A stretch of 64,000 nt of DNA from a candidate division WS6 bacterium GW2011_GWF2_39_15. Lineage in GTDB: Bacteria > Patescibacteriota > Dojkabacteria > SC72. The notes beneath the pieces were generated by a model that did no database searches, was not told where the DNA came from, and saw nothing but the letters and a program-made list of their open reading frames with translations. Numbering within the stretch: the first letter of the stretch is position 1; each line of letters begins with the position of its first letter. Position numbers and translations under genes: made by a program. The stretch covers positions 224,800-288,799 of the forward strand of contig LBWK01000002.1 of assembly GCA_000993565.1 (NCBI GenBank), read 5' to 3'. Shown here piece by piece: positions 55,582 to 64,000 of the stretch.

Positions 55582-55680
55582 AAGGTCTCTGTGTATTTGA
55601 CTTTCCCTCCCCCACTTGCTATAAATATCTAGTCCCCTATGGGGGGATCGGATAAGGGTGTAAATTGAAATGGATATCGT

Positions 55681-55938
55681 ATGAAAACACACAAAGAAAA
55701 GGTTACTCATAGAATTCAAATAATAGAAGGACATATCAAAGCCATTAAACGCATGATTGAATCGGATGGATATTGTGTTGATATAGTTCTTCAATCCCTT
55801 GCTGTACAAAAAGCCTTAAAGAAACTTGATGGTGTAATAATTGAAAACCATATGAGAACATGTCTTGTAGAACAGATAAAGAAGGGTAAAAGTGAAGAAG
55901 CGGTTAAAGAGCTTCTGGATATATATAAACTCAGTTGA
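55681..55938 (+). CDS. csoR: CsoR/RcnR-family metal-sensing transcriptional repressor
   Basis: RIQIIEGHIKAIKRMIESDGYCVDIVLQSLAVQKAL... with the conserved Cys/His/Cys ligand pattern. Lies upstream of the copper ATPase operon. Confidence 0.75.
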   Translation: MKTHKEKVTHRIQIIEGHIKAIKRMIESDGYCVDIVLQSLAVQKALKKLDGVIIENHMRTCLVEQIKKGKSEEAVKELLDIYKLS

Positions 55939-57413
55939 TAACTTCTATGTCAGGCAAAAAGCCAAGAAAGTCAGCCGGTAAAGATAGTAACTTGAAAGAG
56001 TGTACATATTACATTGATGGTATGCACTGTGCGTCTTGTGAGGTTCTAATAGAAAAGAAGCTAATAAAGGAGAAGAGTGTTGAAAATGTTGATGCATCCC
56101 TGGGTGATGGAAAGGTGGTTTTTCAGTATAACGGTGAAAAACCAAGTCCTGATTACCTGACAAGCATTTTTAAAGAAAGTGGGTATACATTTTCAGAGAG
56201 AAAATATAAAAAAGAAAAGGAGACTCCTATTTTCCAGGTTCATGATGGCCTTTTAGAAATAAACCGACAGAAACTCGCAGGGGCGATTAATGTTCTTATA
56301 GCGGTTTTAATTATTCTTTTCGGGTTCAAGGCTATTGAAGATACTGGTATTGCCGGAAATATAGTCCTTAGCAATTCATCAACTTATTTCTCGTTCTTCA
56401 TCTTTGGAATATTTGCCGGCCTTTCAAGCTGTGCGGCATTAATTGGAGGGCTTTTGTTGTCACTTTCCAAGCAGTGGAGTGAGCTGTACATTGAGTCTGA
56501 TTCAAAAGTTCAAAGACTAAAACCGTTTACTATGTTCAATGTAGGCAGGCTTCTCTCTTTTGTTATTCTTGGAGGACTCTTGGGAGCTTTGGGATCAGCA
56601 TTGGGCATCTCATTAAATAGGGCACCGGCTTTGACTGCTGTTGTTGTAATGATTGTTTCAGCAATTATGCTGGTACTTGGACTGCAGATGCTGGGTATCA
56701 AATGGGCATACAAATTTAAGATTGCTCTCCCCAAGTTCTTAACACGAGGAATTTCCTCTGAGGAGAAGTTTAAAGGTAAAAGTATGCCGTTTCTTGTCGG
56801 AGCCCTCACGTTCTTTCTGCCATGCGGATTTACATTAATAGCACAGGGCTTAGCATTAACATCTGGGAGTTTTCTGAGAGGGTCATTAATGATGTTGGCA
56901 TTTGCATTAGGTACACTACCTATGTTGGGGCTTATTAGCCTCACAAGTGTAAATGTTACAAAAAAGCCCAGGCTTAATGCACTCTTCAGTAGTATATCCG
57001 GAGTTTTAGTAGTTCTTTTTTCTCTCTATAATTTCAACTCCCAGCTGAATGTACTTGGATTTAAAAGCGCGAGTGATATAAAAATAGTTCAGGGGAGCGA
57101 TGCAAAGAAGGAGATTGCTACCGTCCCTGTAGATGAGAATGGTGTACAAATAATGAAGTTAACTGCAAAGGGCTTTGCATATACTCCTCAAACAGAAACG
57201 ACTTTAAAAGCGGGTGTTCCTGCCAAGATGGTTGTGGATAATCAGGGAATGCAGGGATGTGGTGTCTACATGGCGGCAAGAGGTTTGATAAAAAGCTATG
57301 TATTTCTTGAACCCGGTGAAAATGAGGTTGATCTCGGTGCTCCGACCAAAGGAACGTACAAATTGACTTGCAGTATGGGAATGGTTCCTCCTGTGACTAT
57401 AAAGGTAATTTAA
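55935..57413 (+). CDS. Three-part fusion protein: heavy-metal-associated (HMA) domain, multi-TM permease-like domain (DsbD_2/CcdA-like, Cys in TM helices), and a C-terminal cupredoxin-like domain
   Basis: N-terminal GMHCASC. TM helices with [10 protein letters not shown] and FLPCGFTL. C-terminal beta-rich domain with a Cys/Met cluster (GMQGCGVYM...LTCSMGM). Confidence 0.6.
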   Translation: MITSMSGKKPRKSAGKDSNLKECTYYIDGMHCASCEVLIEKKLIKEKSVENVDASLGDGKVVFQYNGEKPSPDYLTSIFKESGYTFSERKYKKEKETPIFQVHDGLLEINRQKLAGAINVLIAVLIILFGFKAIEDTGIAGNIVLSNSSTYFSFFIFGIFAGLSSCAALIGGLLLSLSKQWSELYIESDSKVQRLKPFTMFNVGRLLSFVILGGLLGALGSALGISLNRAPALTAVVVMIVSAIMLVLGLQMLGIKWAYKFKIALPKFLTRGISSEEKFKGKSMPFLVGALTFFLPCGFTLIAQGLALTSGSFLRGSLMMLAFALGTLPMLGLISLTSVNVTKKPRLNALFSSISGVLVVLFSLYNFNSQLNVLGFKSASDIKIVQGSDAKKEIATVPVDENGVQIMKLTAKGFAYTPQTETTLKAGVPAKMVVDNQGMQGCGVYMAARGLIKSYVFLEPGENEVDLGAPTKGTYKLTCSMGMVPPVTIKVI

Positions 57414-57424
57414 TAGGAATAATT

Positions 57425-59764
57425 ATGAAAAAGGAGATCTATCCAATTATCGGGATGCATTGTGCCTCGTGTAAATCCTTGATTGAGGGTAGTGTCGGTG
57501 AGCTGAAGGGTGTGAAAGTTGCTCAGGTAAACTTTGCTTCTGAGAAATTAAATGTAGAGTATGACGAGAGGGTTACTTCAGTTGATGAGATCAGGAATGC
57601 GGTAGGGAGTGTTGGTAGCTACAAACTTATTGGAAATGAGCATGATAATGTGGAGGATAGCAATTCCCAAATGAGTATGCCTGGACATGATCATGCGGCG
57701 ATGCTTAAAGAGGAGGAATATAATCAGGTTAAAAGAAATGTGGTCTGGAGCGGTTTAGGTTCCCTGCCTTTTCTAGTTTTCATGATATGGATGCTGGTCT
57801 TTAAAGGAAGTCCCATGGATTTGTTTGGAGAAATATCCTTTACAGGTGGGTACTCCATATCCCTGTTTTATTTGATTCAGTTCCTTCTTGCAACCCCAAT
57901 TCTGTTCGTATCAGGAAGGAGTATTTTTCAGAGTGCTTTAACAGCTTTGAAAGTTCCTACTGCAAACATGGATACGCTTATTGCCGTTGGAACCTTTACG
58001 GCATGGTCATTCTCTTCTTTCGTTACCTTTTTCCCTTCCATTTTCTCGGGATTAAAGGATAAACCGGAGGTGTTTTTTGAGGCTTCCGTATTTATTATAT
58101 TCTTCATTCTTCTTGGCCGGTTACTTGAAGCAGGGGCTAAGGGCAAAGCGAATAGTGCTATACAGAAACTCCTCCAGCTGCAGGCTAAAGATGCCATGGT
58201 AGTGAGAGAAGGGGAAATAGTCAAGATTCCAATTTCAGAGATTGTTGAAGGCGATATAATTGTTGTAAAGCCAGGTGAAAAGATAGCTGTGGATGGAATT
58301 GTAGTCGAGGGCGAGTCTACCCTTGATGAGTCCATGATTACCGGTGAGTCTATTCCGGTTACAAAGAGAGTTGGGGATAGTGTTATAGGGAGTACACTTA
58401 ACAGGTCGGGCGTGCTGAAGTATAAAGCGGAGAAGGTTGGTTCAGAAACAATGCTTTCACAAATTGTAAAAATTGTTGAAGAAGCTCAGGCCTCTCAAGC
58501 TCCAATACAGAAATTGGCAGATAGGGTATCAAGTATTTTTGTTCCTATGGTTATCTCAATTGCGGTATTAGCCTTTCTTTTTTGGGCATTTTTGGCTCCA
58601 CAGATCGGTTTGGTTTCAAGCGACGTCAATTCTATTCAGTTAGCGATATATATTGGTACTACAATTTTGATTATTGCCTGTCCTTGCGCACTAGGTTTAG
58701 CTACCCCCACGGCAATTATGGTAGGCTCAGGAGCCGGTGCGGAAAAAGGTATTCTGTTAAAGAACGCAGAATCGTTAGAGATTGCACATAAGATTGATAC
58801 GGTTGTCTTTGATAAAACTGGAACGTTAACTGTGGGCAGGCCTGAAGTTACTGATTTTGTAACATTTAAAGAATTATCAGATGAGGAATTGGAGATGATT
58901 TTGAGTGTTGAGGATGCTTCTGAACATCCTCTTTCTACAGCCGTTACCGGATACATTAAAACCAGTTATCCTGACTCTAAAGATTTGAAAGTTGAAAAAT
59001 TCCTGAACATAGAAGGAATGGGTGTAAGTGGAATAGTTCACGATAGGCAGGTGATGGTTGGCAACTCTAAGCTGATAGAGAAGTTCAATATTAAGGTAGC
59101 GGATAAGACGGAAGAAGCGTTTAAAAAGCTCGGTAATGAAGCTAAGACGGCTGTATTCGCAGTAATAGGAAGTGAGATTGTTGCGGCTATTGGTATTGCT
59201 GATGTAGTTAAGCCCGAGTCAAAAGAGGCTATAGCCAGGCTTCATAAGCTTGGAATTAAAACTGTCATGCTCACCGGAGATAATGCGAATGTGGCAGGCA
59301 AGATAGCTACGGAGGTGGGTATTGATAAGGTTATTTCTGATGTCCTCCCTACCCAGAAAGCAGGTGTGATAGATGAGCTTAAAAGAAATGACCCAGGAAA
59401 GGTCGTTGCAATGGTTGGGGATGGGATAAATGATGCTCCGGCACTTGCCAAAGCAGATATCGGAATTGCAATGGGGACAGGCACGGATGTAGCAATTGAG
59501 TCGGGAGATATAATTCTGATTAAGGGTGATATGAACAAACTGATTGAAGCTATAGAATTGTCAAAGAGAACGATGAAGGTTATCAAACAGAACCTGTTCT
59601 GGGCATTTGGGTACAATACTGTGGGAATACCAGTTGCAGCAGGACTACTGTATCCATTTTTTTCATTACTTTTATCCCCTATTATTGCAGGAGCAGCAAT
59701 GGCATTTAGTTCGGTATCAGTTGTATTAAATAGCTTGAGATTAAGAAAGAAAGTGGCTGTTTGA
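57425..59764 (+). CDS. copA: Copper-translocating P1B-type ATPase
   Basis: HMA GMHCASC, TGES, CPC ([12 protein letters not shown]), [17 protein letters not shown]. Start set to the ATG at 57425, which follows the upstream stop. Confidence 0.9.
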   Translation: MKKEIYPIIGMHCASCKSLIEGSVGELKGVKVAQVNFASEKLNVEYDERVTSVDEIRNAVGSVGSYKLIGNEHDNVEDSNSQMSMPGHDHAAMLKEEEYNQVKRNVVWSGLGSLPFLVFMIWMLVFKGSPMDLFGEISFTGGYSISLFYLIQFLLATPILFVSGRSIFQSALTALKVPTANMDTLIAVGTFTAWSFSSFVTFFPSIFSGLKDKPEVFFEASVFIIFFILLGRLLEAGAKGKANSAIQKLLQLQAKDAMVVREGEIVKIPISEIVEGDIIVVKPGEKIAVDGIVVEGESTLDESMITGESIPVTKRVGDSVIGSTLNRSGVLKYKAEKVGSETMLSQIVKIVEEAQASQAPIQKLADRVSSIFVPMVISIAVLAFLFWAFLAPQIGLVSSDVNSIQLAIYIGTTILIIACPCALGLATPTAIMVGSGAGAEKGILLKNAESLEIAHKIDTVVFDKTGTLTVGRPEVTDFVTFKELSDEELEMILSVEDASEHPLSTAVTGYIKTSYPDSKDLKVEKFLNIEGMGVSGIVHDRQVMVGNSKLIEKFNIKVADKTEEAFKKLGNEAKTAVFAVIGSEIVAAIGIADVVKPESKEAIARLHKLGIKTVMLTGDNANVAGKIATEVGIDKVISDVLPTQKAGVIDELKRNDPGKVVAMVGDGINDAPALAKADIGIAMGTGTDVAIESGDIILIKGDMNKLIEAIELSKRTMKVIKQNLFWAFGYNTVGIPVAAGLLYPFFSLLLSPIIAGAAMAFSSVSVVLNSLRLRKKVAV

Positions 59765-59855
59765 TTTATTAACTGGAACAATATATAGACTGAAGTATTG
59801 CAAGGTTAGGGTTTTCTAGATAATATCATAGGAGTTTAATTAACCTATATTAAAA

Positions 59856-60446
59856 ATGCTTCCATCAGACACAACTCATCGTCCACTTTCAGATATTAAT
59901 GTCTCGCGAGAGTTTTCCTCTAATACAGAAACAGCAACACCTGGAATAGAATTAGTGCGTAAATTATATGACGGTCATAAAGATTCATTTAACATTTGGG
60001 TAGGTGATCAACGCGATTTGATGGTATCCAAAGGTGGGATTAATGGGGTTGAAAGTACAGGTAATATTTTAGCAACTAAAGAGGGTGTCGTAATATTAGA
60101 TCAAGTAACAAGCGGTTTGACTGTAATTGACACGCCAATTAATGAAATTCTTACAGAATTAGAGCCAGGTTCTATATCTGCTTTAGCTGGTTTTGTGGAT
60201 GATGTCCTTAAAGAACAAGTAGAAGATCCTTCAGGTGAGTTGGCTGGCGTGAAAAGAACCCGTTCTGGAATGTTGCACTTAGGTGATCCTGAGCTTCAAT
60301 TTACCTTCCAATTAATTAGGGCCGATAAAGAAGATGATTTGAGGCTTCTTGCAAGAATTAGGGATCTTTCAGAGATAAAGGAAGTACCAGATACAAAAAG
60401 GGCACATCCTATGTCTATTCCTGAGAATCTAAAGGGAATCCTCTAA
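59856..60446 (+). CDS. Hypothetical protein (196 aa)
   Basis: ORF only, no recognised motif. Confidence 0.4.
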   Translation: MLPSDTTHRPLSDINVSREFSSNTETATPGIELVRKLYDGHKDSFNIWVGDQRDLMVSKGGINGVESTGNILATKEGVVILDQVTSGLTVIDTPINEILTELEPGSISALAGFVDDVLKEQVEDPSGELAGVKRTRSGMLHLGDPELQFTFQLIRADKEDDLRLLARIRDLSEIKEVPDTKRAHPMSIPENLKGIL

Positions 60447-60463
60447 GACATGAGATGAAGCAA

Positions 60464-60487
60464 AAGGAGGAGATGTCTCTCCTCCTT
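60464..60487. terminator. Bidirectional rho-independent terminator between convergent genes
   Basis: AAGGAGGAGA-TGTC-TCTCCTCCTT, a perfect 10-bp stem with a 4-nt loop. Confidence 0.55.
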
Positions 60488-60504
60488 GATCAGTAACTAC
60501 CTTC

Positions 60505-60981
60505 TTATTTGCTTATCTTAATCTGCCTTGCTTTCTCTTCCTCTGTCTTAGGGAGTTTTACAGTGATAACACCATCTTCCAGTTTAGCTTCAGCTTTATC
60601 AGCATCTACTTTACCTGGTAGATTGAATCTCTGTTCATATGAAGATTCCATACTCTTGTAAAGATATCTCTTTTTGCCTTCTTCTTTCTCTTCGCTCTTT
60701 GAAGAAGCAACGATCTTTAAAACTCCATCTTCGAGCGAAATCTTTACATCATCTTCCTTAATCCCTGGAAGTGCCATCTTTACAACATAGTTTCCATCTT
60801 CTTCATACATATCTGCCCAAAGATTCTTGGAAGTGGATGGAGTCATTGTAAAAAAGTCATCGAATGGGGACATAAAAAAGTCGTCAAAAACGGATCTAAA
60901 AGGTGTATAAACGACCTTTTTGCCGTCATTGTCTCTCTTTATAATCTGCATAGTATTTAAAATATAATAAGTTAAATACAA
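60505..60981 (-). CDS. Small heat-shock protein (Hsp20/alpha-crystallin family)
   Basis: Alpha-crystallin domain (VKMALPGIKEDDVKISLEDGVLKIVAS...RFNLPGKVDADKAEAKLEDGVITVKLPK). Confidence 0.8.
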   Translation of the reverse strand: MYLTYYILNTMQIIKRDNDGKKVVYTPFRSVFDDFFMSPFDDFFTMTPSTSKNLWADMYEEDGNYVVKMALPGIKEDDVKISLEDGVLKIVASSKSEEKEEGKKRYLYKSMESSYEQRFNLPGKVDADKAEAKLEDGVITVKLPKTEEEKARQIKISK

Positions 60982-61037
60982 GGATAGTTTATCCTTAGCA
61001 GAGTATAGTATCGAGTGCCAAACCTTGTCAAGGGGTC

Positions 61038-61976
61038 TTAGAAATTCATAGTATATTCAGCAATTGCATAGAAGAGGAAAAGAGATAAAAGTATTAAGCC
61101 TTCTCTTTTTGATATTTCCTTGTCACTAATGACCATGATTGCAAATATGAATATTACTACTGTAAGGACAGCTAATGCGGGTATTAATGTTACAAACCCA
61201 GACACAGTTCCTGGTCTGAGAATAGCAAGTAAACCGAGTATTGCCGTATTAAATGTGGCACTTCCTATGAAGTTTCCAGCAGCGAGCTTACTTTTTTCCG
61301 GGTCATTGCTTCTAATTAGAATTATTATTTCCGGAAGGTTAGTACCAACACTAAAAACTAATAGTCCAAGAATTATTGTCGGAATGCTTAATAGTCCTGC
61401 TAGGTCTATTGCGTAACTAACAGTGAGGTTTGATGTCACTACCAGGCCAACAATTCCCAAGACTGATTTCATTAATATAACGGGAACAGAGTGGGATTTC
61501 CTATGTGCGTGAATATCTAGCGAGTTGCTTTTCCCAAGTATGTATATTACAAATCCCGTATAGAGGGCTAAAAGAAGCAATCCTTCCAGCCACTCCAGGT
61601 TCCCGTCGACCAAAGCAATTATCTGAGCATAGATTATTCCCAGCGATAGAAGAATTTCCTTTGTACCATAAAAGCCTTTAAATGGCATGCCACCGCTCTT
61701 GATTGCACTTATTCCTATGACGACCGTGAGTAGCAGTAGGGTAGCCCCTACAAGGTTGCCGACAGAGAGGCCGGTTACATTTCCGACCGCAGAGTTTATT
61801 GCTACGAAAGTCTCAGGTAGAGATGAAGTCACAGCTAGTATTACAAATCCCACTGTAAAAGTATTCACTCTTAATTTCTTTGATACGCTTATGAAAGATG
61901 ATTCAAGCAGGTCAGCTGATTTTACAAGGAGAAATATTAATACACATAATATTAGTATTGAGGGCAGTATGTTCAT
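61038..61976 (-). CDS. CaCA-family cation (Na+/Ca2+ or H+/Ca2+) antiporter, YrbG-like
   Basis: Two alpha-repeat regions (GNLVGATLLLLTVVIGISAI, GSATFNTAILGLLAI). About 10 TM segments. Confidence 0.7.
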   Translation of the reverse strand: MNILPSILILCVLIFLLVKSADLLESSFISVSKKLRVNTFTVGFVILAVTSSLPETFVAINSAVGNVTGLSVGNLVGATLLLLTVVIGISAIKSGGMPFKGFYGTKEILLSLGIIYAQIIALVDGNLEWLEGLLLLALYTGFVIYILGKSNSLDIHAHRKSHSVPVILMKSVLGIVGLVVTSNLTVSYAIDLAGLLSIPTIILGLLVFSVGTNLPEIIILIRSNDPEKSKLAAGNFIGSATFNTAILGLLAILRPGTVSGFVTLIPALAVLTVVIFIFAIMVISDKEISKREGLILLSLFLFYAIAEYTMNF

Positions 61977-61980
61977 AGAT

Positions 61981-62517
61981 TCAGTTTATCATATATATCT
62001 CGGTTTCATCTATAAAGAATCTCCAAAGAAGGTCTTGTGATTCCTGCGCATATGATATTCCGATTCTTTTCGACTCATTTATCCGTTTCGGTTTAATCTT
62101 TCTGTCTTCAATCCAGATCACCTTTTGTTCATATAAAGGAAGATTATTAATTGTTCGATCCATTTTCATGTACTTAGTAAAAATTCCCGGTCCTCTCAGG
62201 TATATTTTGCTATCCAGGTCATAACCTCCTCTTATGAGTACTGCTCCGGGAAATCCTTCTTGATATGCGGTTATATTGAACATGTTATACATACCGTAAA
62301 TAAGATAAATATAGGTATGTCCCACAGTGTCAAACATAACAGAGTTTCTGGCAGTCCGCCCTTTATAGGCATGTGAGCCTTTATCTTCGTAGCCGTGATA
62401 TGCCTCGGTTTCCGTTATTGCAATGCGTTTACCGTCAAAGTGGATAATTTTCAAAAGAAGATCTTGAGCAAGTTTTACGGTATCTTTGCAATAAAAAGAT
62501 TTATCTAAAATTGTCAT
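61981..62517 (-). CDS. mpg: DNA-3-methyladenine glycosylase (AAG/Mpg family)
   Basis: ITETEAYHGYEDKGSHAYKGRTARNSVMF...YIYLIYGMYNMFNI. Confidence 0.75.
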   Translation of the reverse strand: MTILDKSFYCKDTVKLAQDLLLKIIHFDGKRIAITETEAYHGYEDKGSHAYKGRTARNSVMFDTVGHTYIYLIYGMYNMFNITAYQEGFPGAVLIRGGYDLDSKIYLRGPGIFTKYMKMDRTINNLPLYEQKVIWIEDRKIKPKRINESKRIGISYAQESQDLLWRFFIDETEIYMIN

Positions 62518-62550
62518 ACCAGATTATATAACACATGCTATAATTTAAAT

Positions 62551-63450
62551 ATGATGCTAAACAGATTAACGGATGAAGAAAAAGAAGTTATTTTGAATAA
62601 ATCCACAGAGCGTCCTTTCACAGGAGAGTATGACGATTTTTACAAAGATGGAATATACATATGCAGGCAGTGTAATCTGCCATTGTTTGAAGCAAAAGCA
62701 AAGTATGACGCTGGGTGCGGCTGGCCTTCTTTTGATGATACATATACGGGTTCAGTAAAGGAATTGGTTGACCGAGACGGAAGTCGAACGGAGATTTTAT
62801 GTAGTAGATGTGGAGGACATTTGGGACATGTGTTTAGAGGAGAAAAGTTTTCAAAAAGAGATACAAGGCATTGTGTGAACTCTTTATCAATAAAATTTGT
62901 TCCGAGAAATGAAGCAGGTAAGTATATGCATAAGACGGAAAAACTTGAAACTATCATTCTGGGTGGTGGTTGTTTCTGGTGTGTAGAAGCAGTGTTTAAT
63001 AGAGTACCCGGTGTTGTTAAGATTACATCGGGTTATGCCGGTGGTGTGACGAAGAATCCATCTTATGAGGAAGTTTCTGCCGGAGAAACTGGCCATGCGG
63101 AGGTAGTTAAAATTGAATTTGAAAAAGATATTGTTACTCTTGGAAAAATACTCGAGGTCTTTTTCCTGGCCCATGATCCTACTACGTTGAATAGGCAGGG
63201 AAATGATGTCGGTACGCAGTACAGATCAATTGTCTTATATACAAATAAAGAGCAAGTGGATACGATAAAGAAGGTGATAGAGAGAGTTGGAAGGAATTAT
63301 AAAGATCCTATTGTTACAGAGGTAAAAGGACTTAAAAAGTTTTATGAAGCCGAAGACTATCACAAACAGTTTTATGAAAAGAATAGTAGTAATTCATACT
63401 GCAGGTTTGTAATAAAACCTAAACTGGATAATATAACTAAAGAAAATTAA
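62551..63450 (+). CDS. msrBA: Bifunctional peptide-methionine sulfoxide reductase (MsrB-MsrA fusion)
   Basis: N-terminal MsrB with a Zn-binding CxxC x2 (CRQCNLP...CSRCGGHLGHVF) and RHCVNS. C-terminal MsrA GCFWCVEAVF, GHAEVVKIEF. Confidence 0.85.
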   Translation: MMLNRLTDEEKEVILNKSTERPFTGEYDDFYKDGIYICRQCNLPLFEAKAKYDAGCGWPSFDDTYTGSVKELVDRDGSRTEILCSRCGGHLGHVFRGEKFSKRDTRHCVNSLSIKFVPRNEAGKYMHKTEKLETIILGGGCFWCVEAVFNRVPGVVKITSGYAGGVTKNPSYEEVSAGETGHAEVVKIEFEKDIVTLGKILEVFFLAHDPTTLNRQGNDVGTQYRSIVLYTNKEQVDTIKKVIERVGRNYKDPIVTEVKGLKKFYEAEDYHKQFYEKNSSNSYCRFVIKPKLDNITKEN

Positions 63451-63814
63451 ATAGTTGTAGGTTTCCCTCCTTTGGCTGTGCCTGTATGGAAATATTATCA
63501 TTTGTTTCTGCCGGTTTTATTTGAACATTCACATACTGACCGGCTTGTAACTCGTCACTAAAAATTATTACTCTTGACTCATCTGGTAAAGTAATTGCGA
63601 GATTCTGAATATGTAGTGTTATCTCTGAAGGACCTCCTCTATGTGCGAGGAGGAGATCTGATGAACCTAACTCCTTATTGTGGCTCCATATGGTTTGGTT
63701 ATTGATTTGTATTACAGTAGGGTTTATTTTACCAAATAACTCATTAAGAAGGCTTACTGTCACTTTCGCTTCCAGTTCTTTGCGAACTCCATTGAACTCT
63801 ATTGGGTAAGTCAT
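63437..63814 (-). CDS. Hypothetical protein (125 aa)
   Basis: ORF only. Overlaps the msrBA 3' end by 14 nt. Confidence 0.35.
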   Translation of the reverse strand: MTYPIEFNGVRKELEAKVTVSLLNELFGKINPTVIQINNQTIWSHNKELGSSDLLLAHRGGPSEITLHIQNLAITLPDESRVIIFSDELQAGQYVNVQIKPAETNDNISIQAQPKEGNLQLFNFL

Positions 63815-63833
63815 AATTAATAACTATCAGAAA

Positions 63834-64000
63834 TTAGTACCTCTTCTCGACAAATGTTAGGGCTACACCTTTTTTATCTGCTCTACCAGTTCTCCCGATT
63901 CTATGAACATAGTCGTCATAAGTCATTGGCTGATCATAGTTTATTACATGAGAGATTCCGGATATATCTAAACCTCTTGCTGCAACATCTGTTGCTATAA
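63834..64000 (-). CDS. DEAD-box RNA helicase, C-terminal fragment. The gene continues beyond the right edge of the window.
   Basis: Minus-strand translation gives ...[54 protein letters not shown], i.e. helicase motifs V and VI (HRIGRTGRA). Stop at 63834-63836. Confidence 0.75.
   Translation of the reverse strand, partial: IATDVAARGLDISGISHVINYDQPMTYDDYVHRIGRTGRADKKGVALTFVEKRY

Noticed and set aside
59856-60446. Considered the 196-aa hypothetical between copA and hsp20 as a horizontally acquired or stress-related element
   Set aside because: It has no recognisable motif and no flanking repeats, and a composition shift cannot be judged by eye. It is listed only as a hypothetical CDS.

Overview
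This window is AT-rich and gene-dense, with short intergenic regions and many ATGA-type start/stop overlaps. It uses the standard genetic code, since TGA is used as a stop. The housekeeping genes are bacterial (secA, recO, truB, pyrD, mpg, msrBA, tRNA-Lys). Together with a sortase, giant surface proteins, a DsbA/VKOR pair and a very large cell-surface glycosylation gene set, this looks like a small-genome, possibly CPR/Patescibacteria-like bacterium. That taxon call is inference only.

Main content, in order along the window:
- 1-2283, minus strand: a processive GT2 polysaccharide synthase (QxxRW) with small membrane-protein partners.
- 2568-9275: a 2235-aa beta-helix/Ig-like surface protein.
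- 9558-13262: a 1234-aa surface protein with an internal LPNTG sorting signal.
- 13213-13902: a sortase gene immediately downstream of the LPNTG protein.
- 14618-17388, minus strand: pyrD, truB and a secreted alpha/beta hydrolase.
- 17436-20375: an NHL-repeat surface protein.
- 20429-22897: a Dda/RecD-like helicase followed by two unknown genes.
- 22899-24208: a DsbA-VKOR oxidative-folding pair.
- 24282-40951 and 49635-52531: a two-block glycan biosynthesis locus. It holds an oxidoreductase/acetyltransferase/aminotransferase amino-sugar trio, a GtrB-like polyprenyl-P-sugar synthase, two ArnT/PMT-like GT-C enzymes, Wzx, wecB, gmd, six GT4 glycosyltransferases and a PglC-like initiating transferase.
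- 42152-44230, minus strand: an M23 peptidase.
- 44823-47789: secA.
- 47795-48763: an HD hydrolase.
- 52555-53190: recO.
- 55086-55161: tRNA-Lys(CUU).
- 55681-59764: a csoR - HMA-permease fusion - copA copper operon.
- 60505-62517, minus strand: hsp20, a CaCA antiporter and mpg.
- 62551-63450: an msrB-msrA fusion.
- 63834-64000, minus strand: a partial DEAD-box helicase at the right edge.

The most notable observation is that the two largest surface-protein genes share a near-identical promoter/5' leader and a homologous N-terminal signal peptide. In addition, three surface proteins end in the same tripartite C-terminal anchor (acidic low-complexity linker, W-x-x-x-W, TM helix, basic tail). 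One of them carries its LPNTG sorting signal in the middle of the protein, with the sortase directly downstream.

No CRISPR array, transposase or integrase was recognised.
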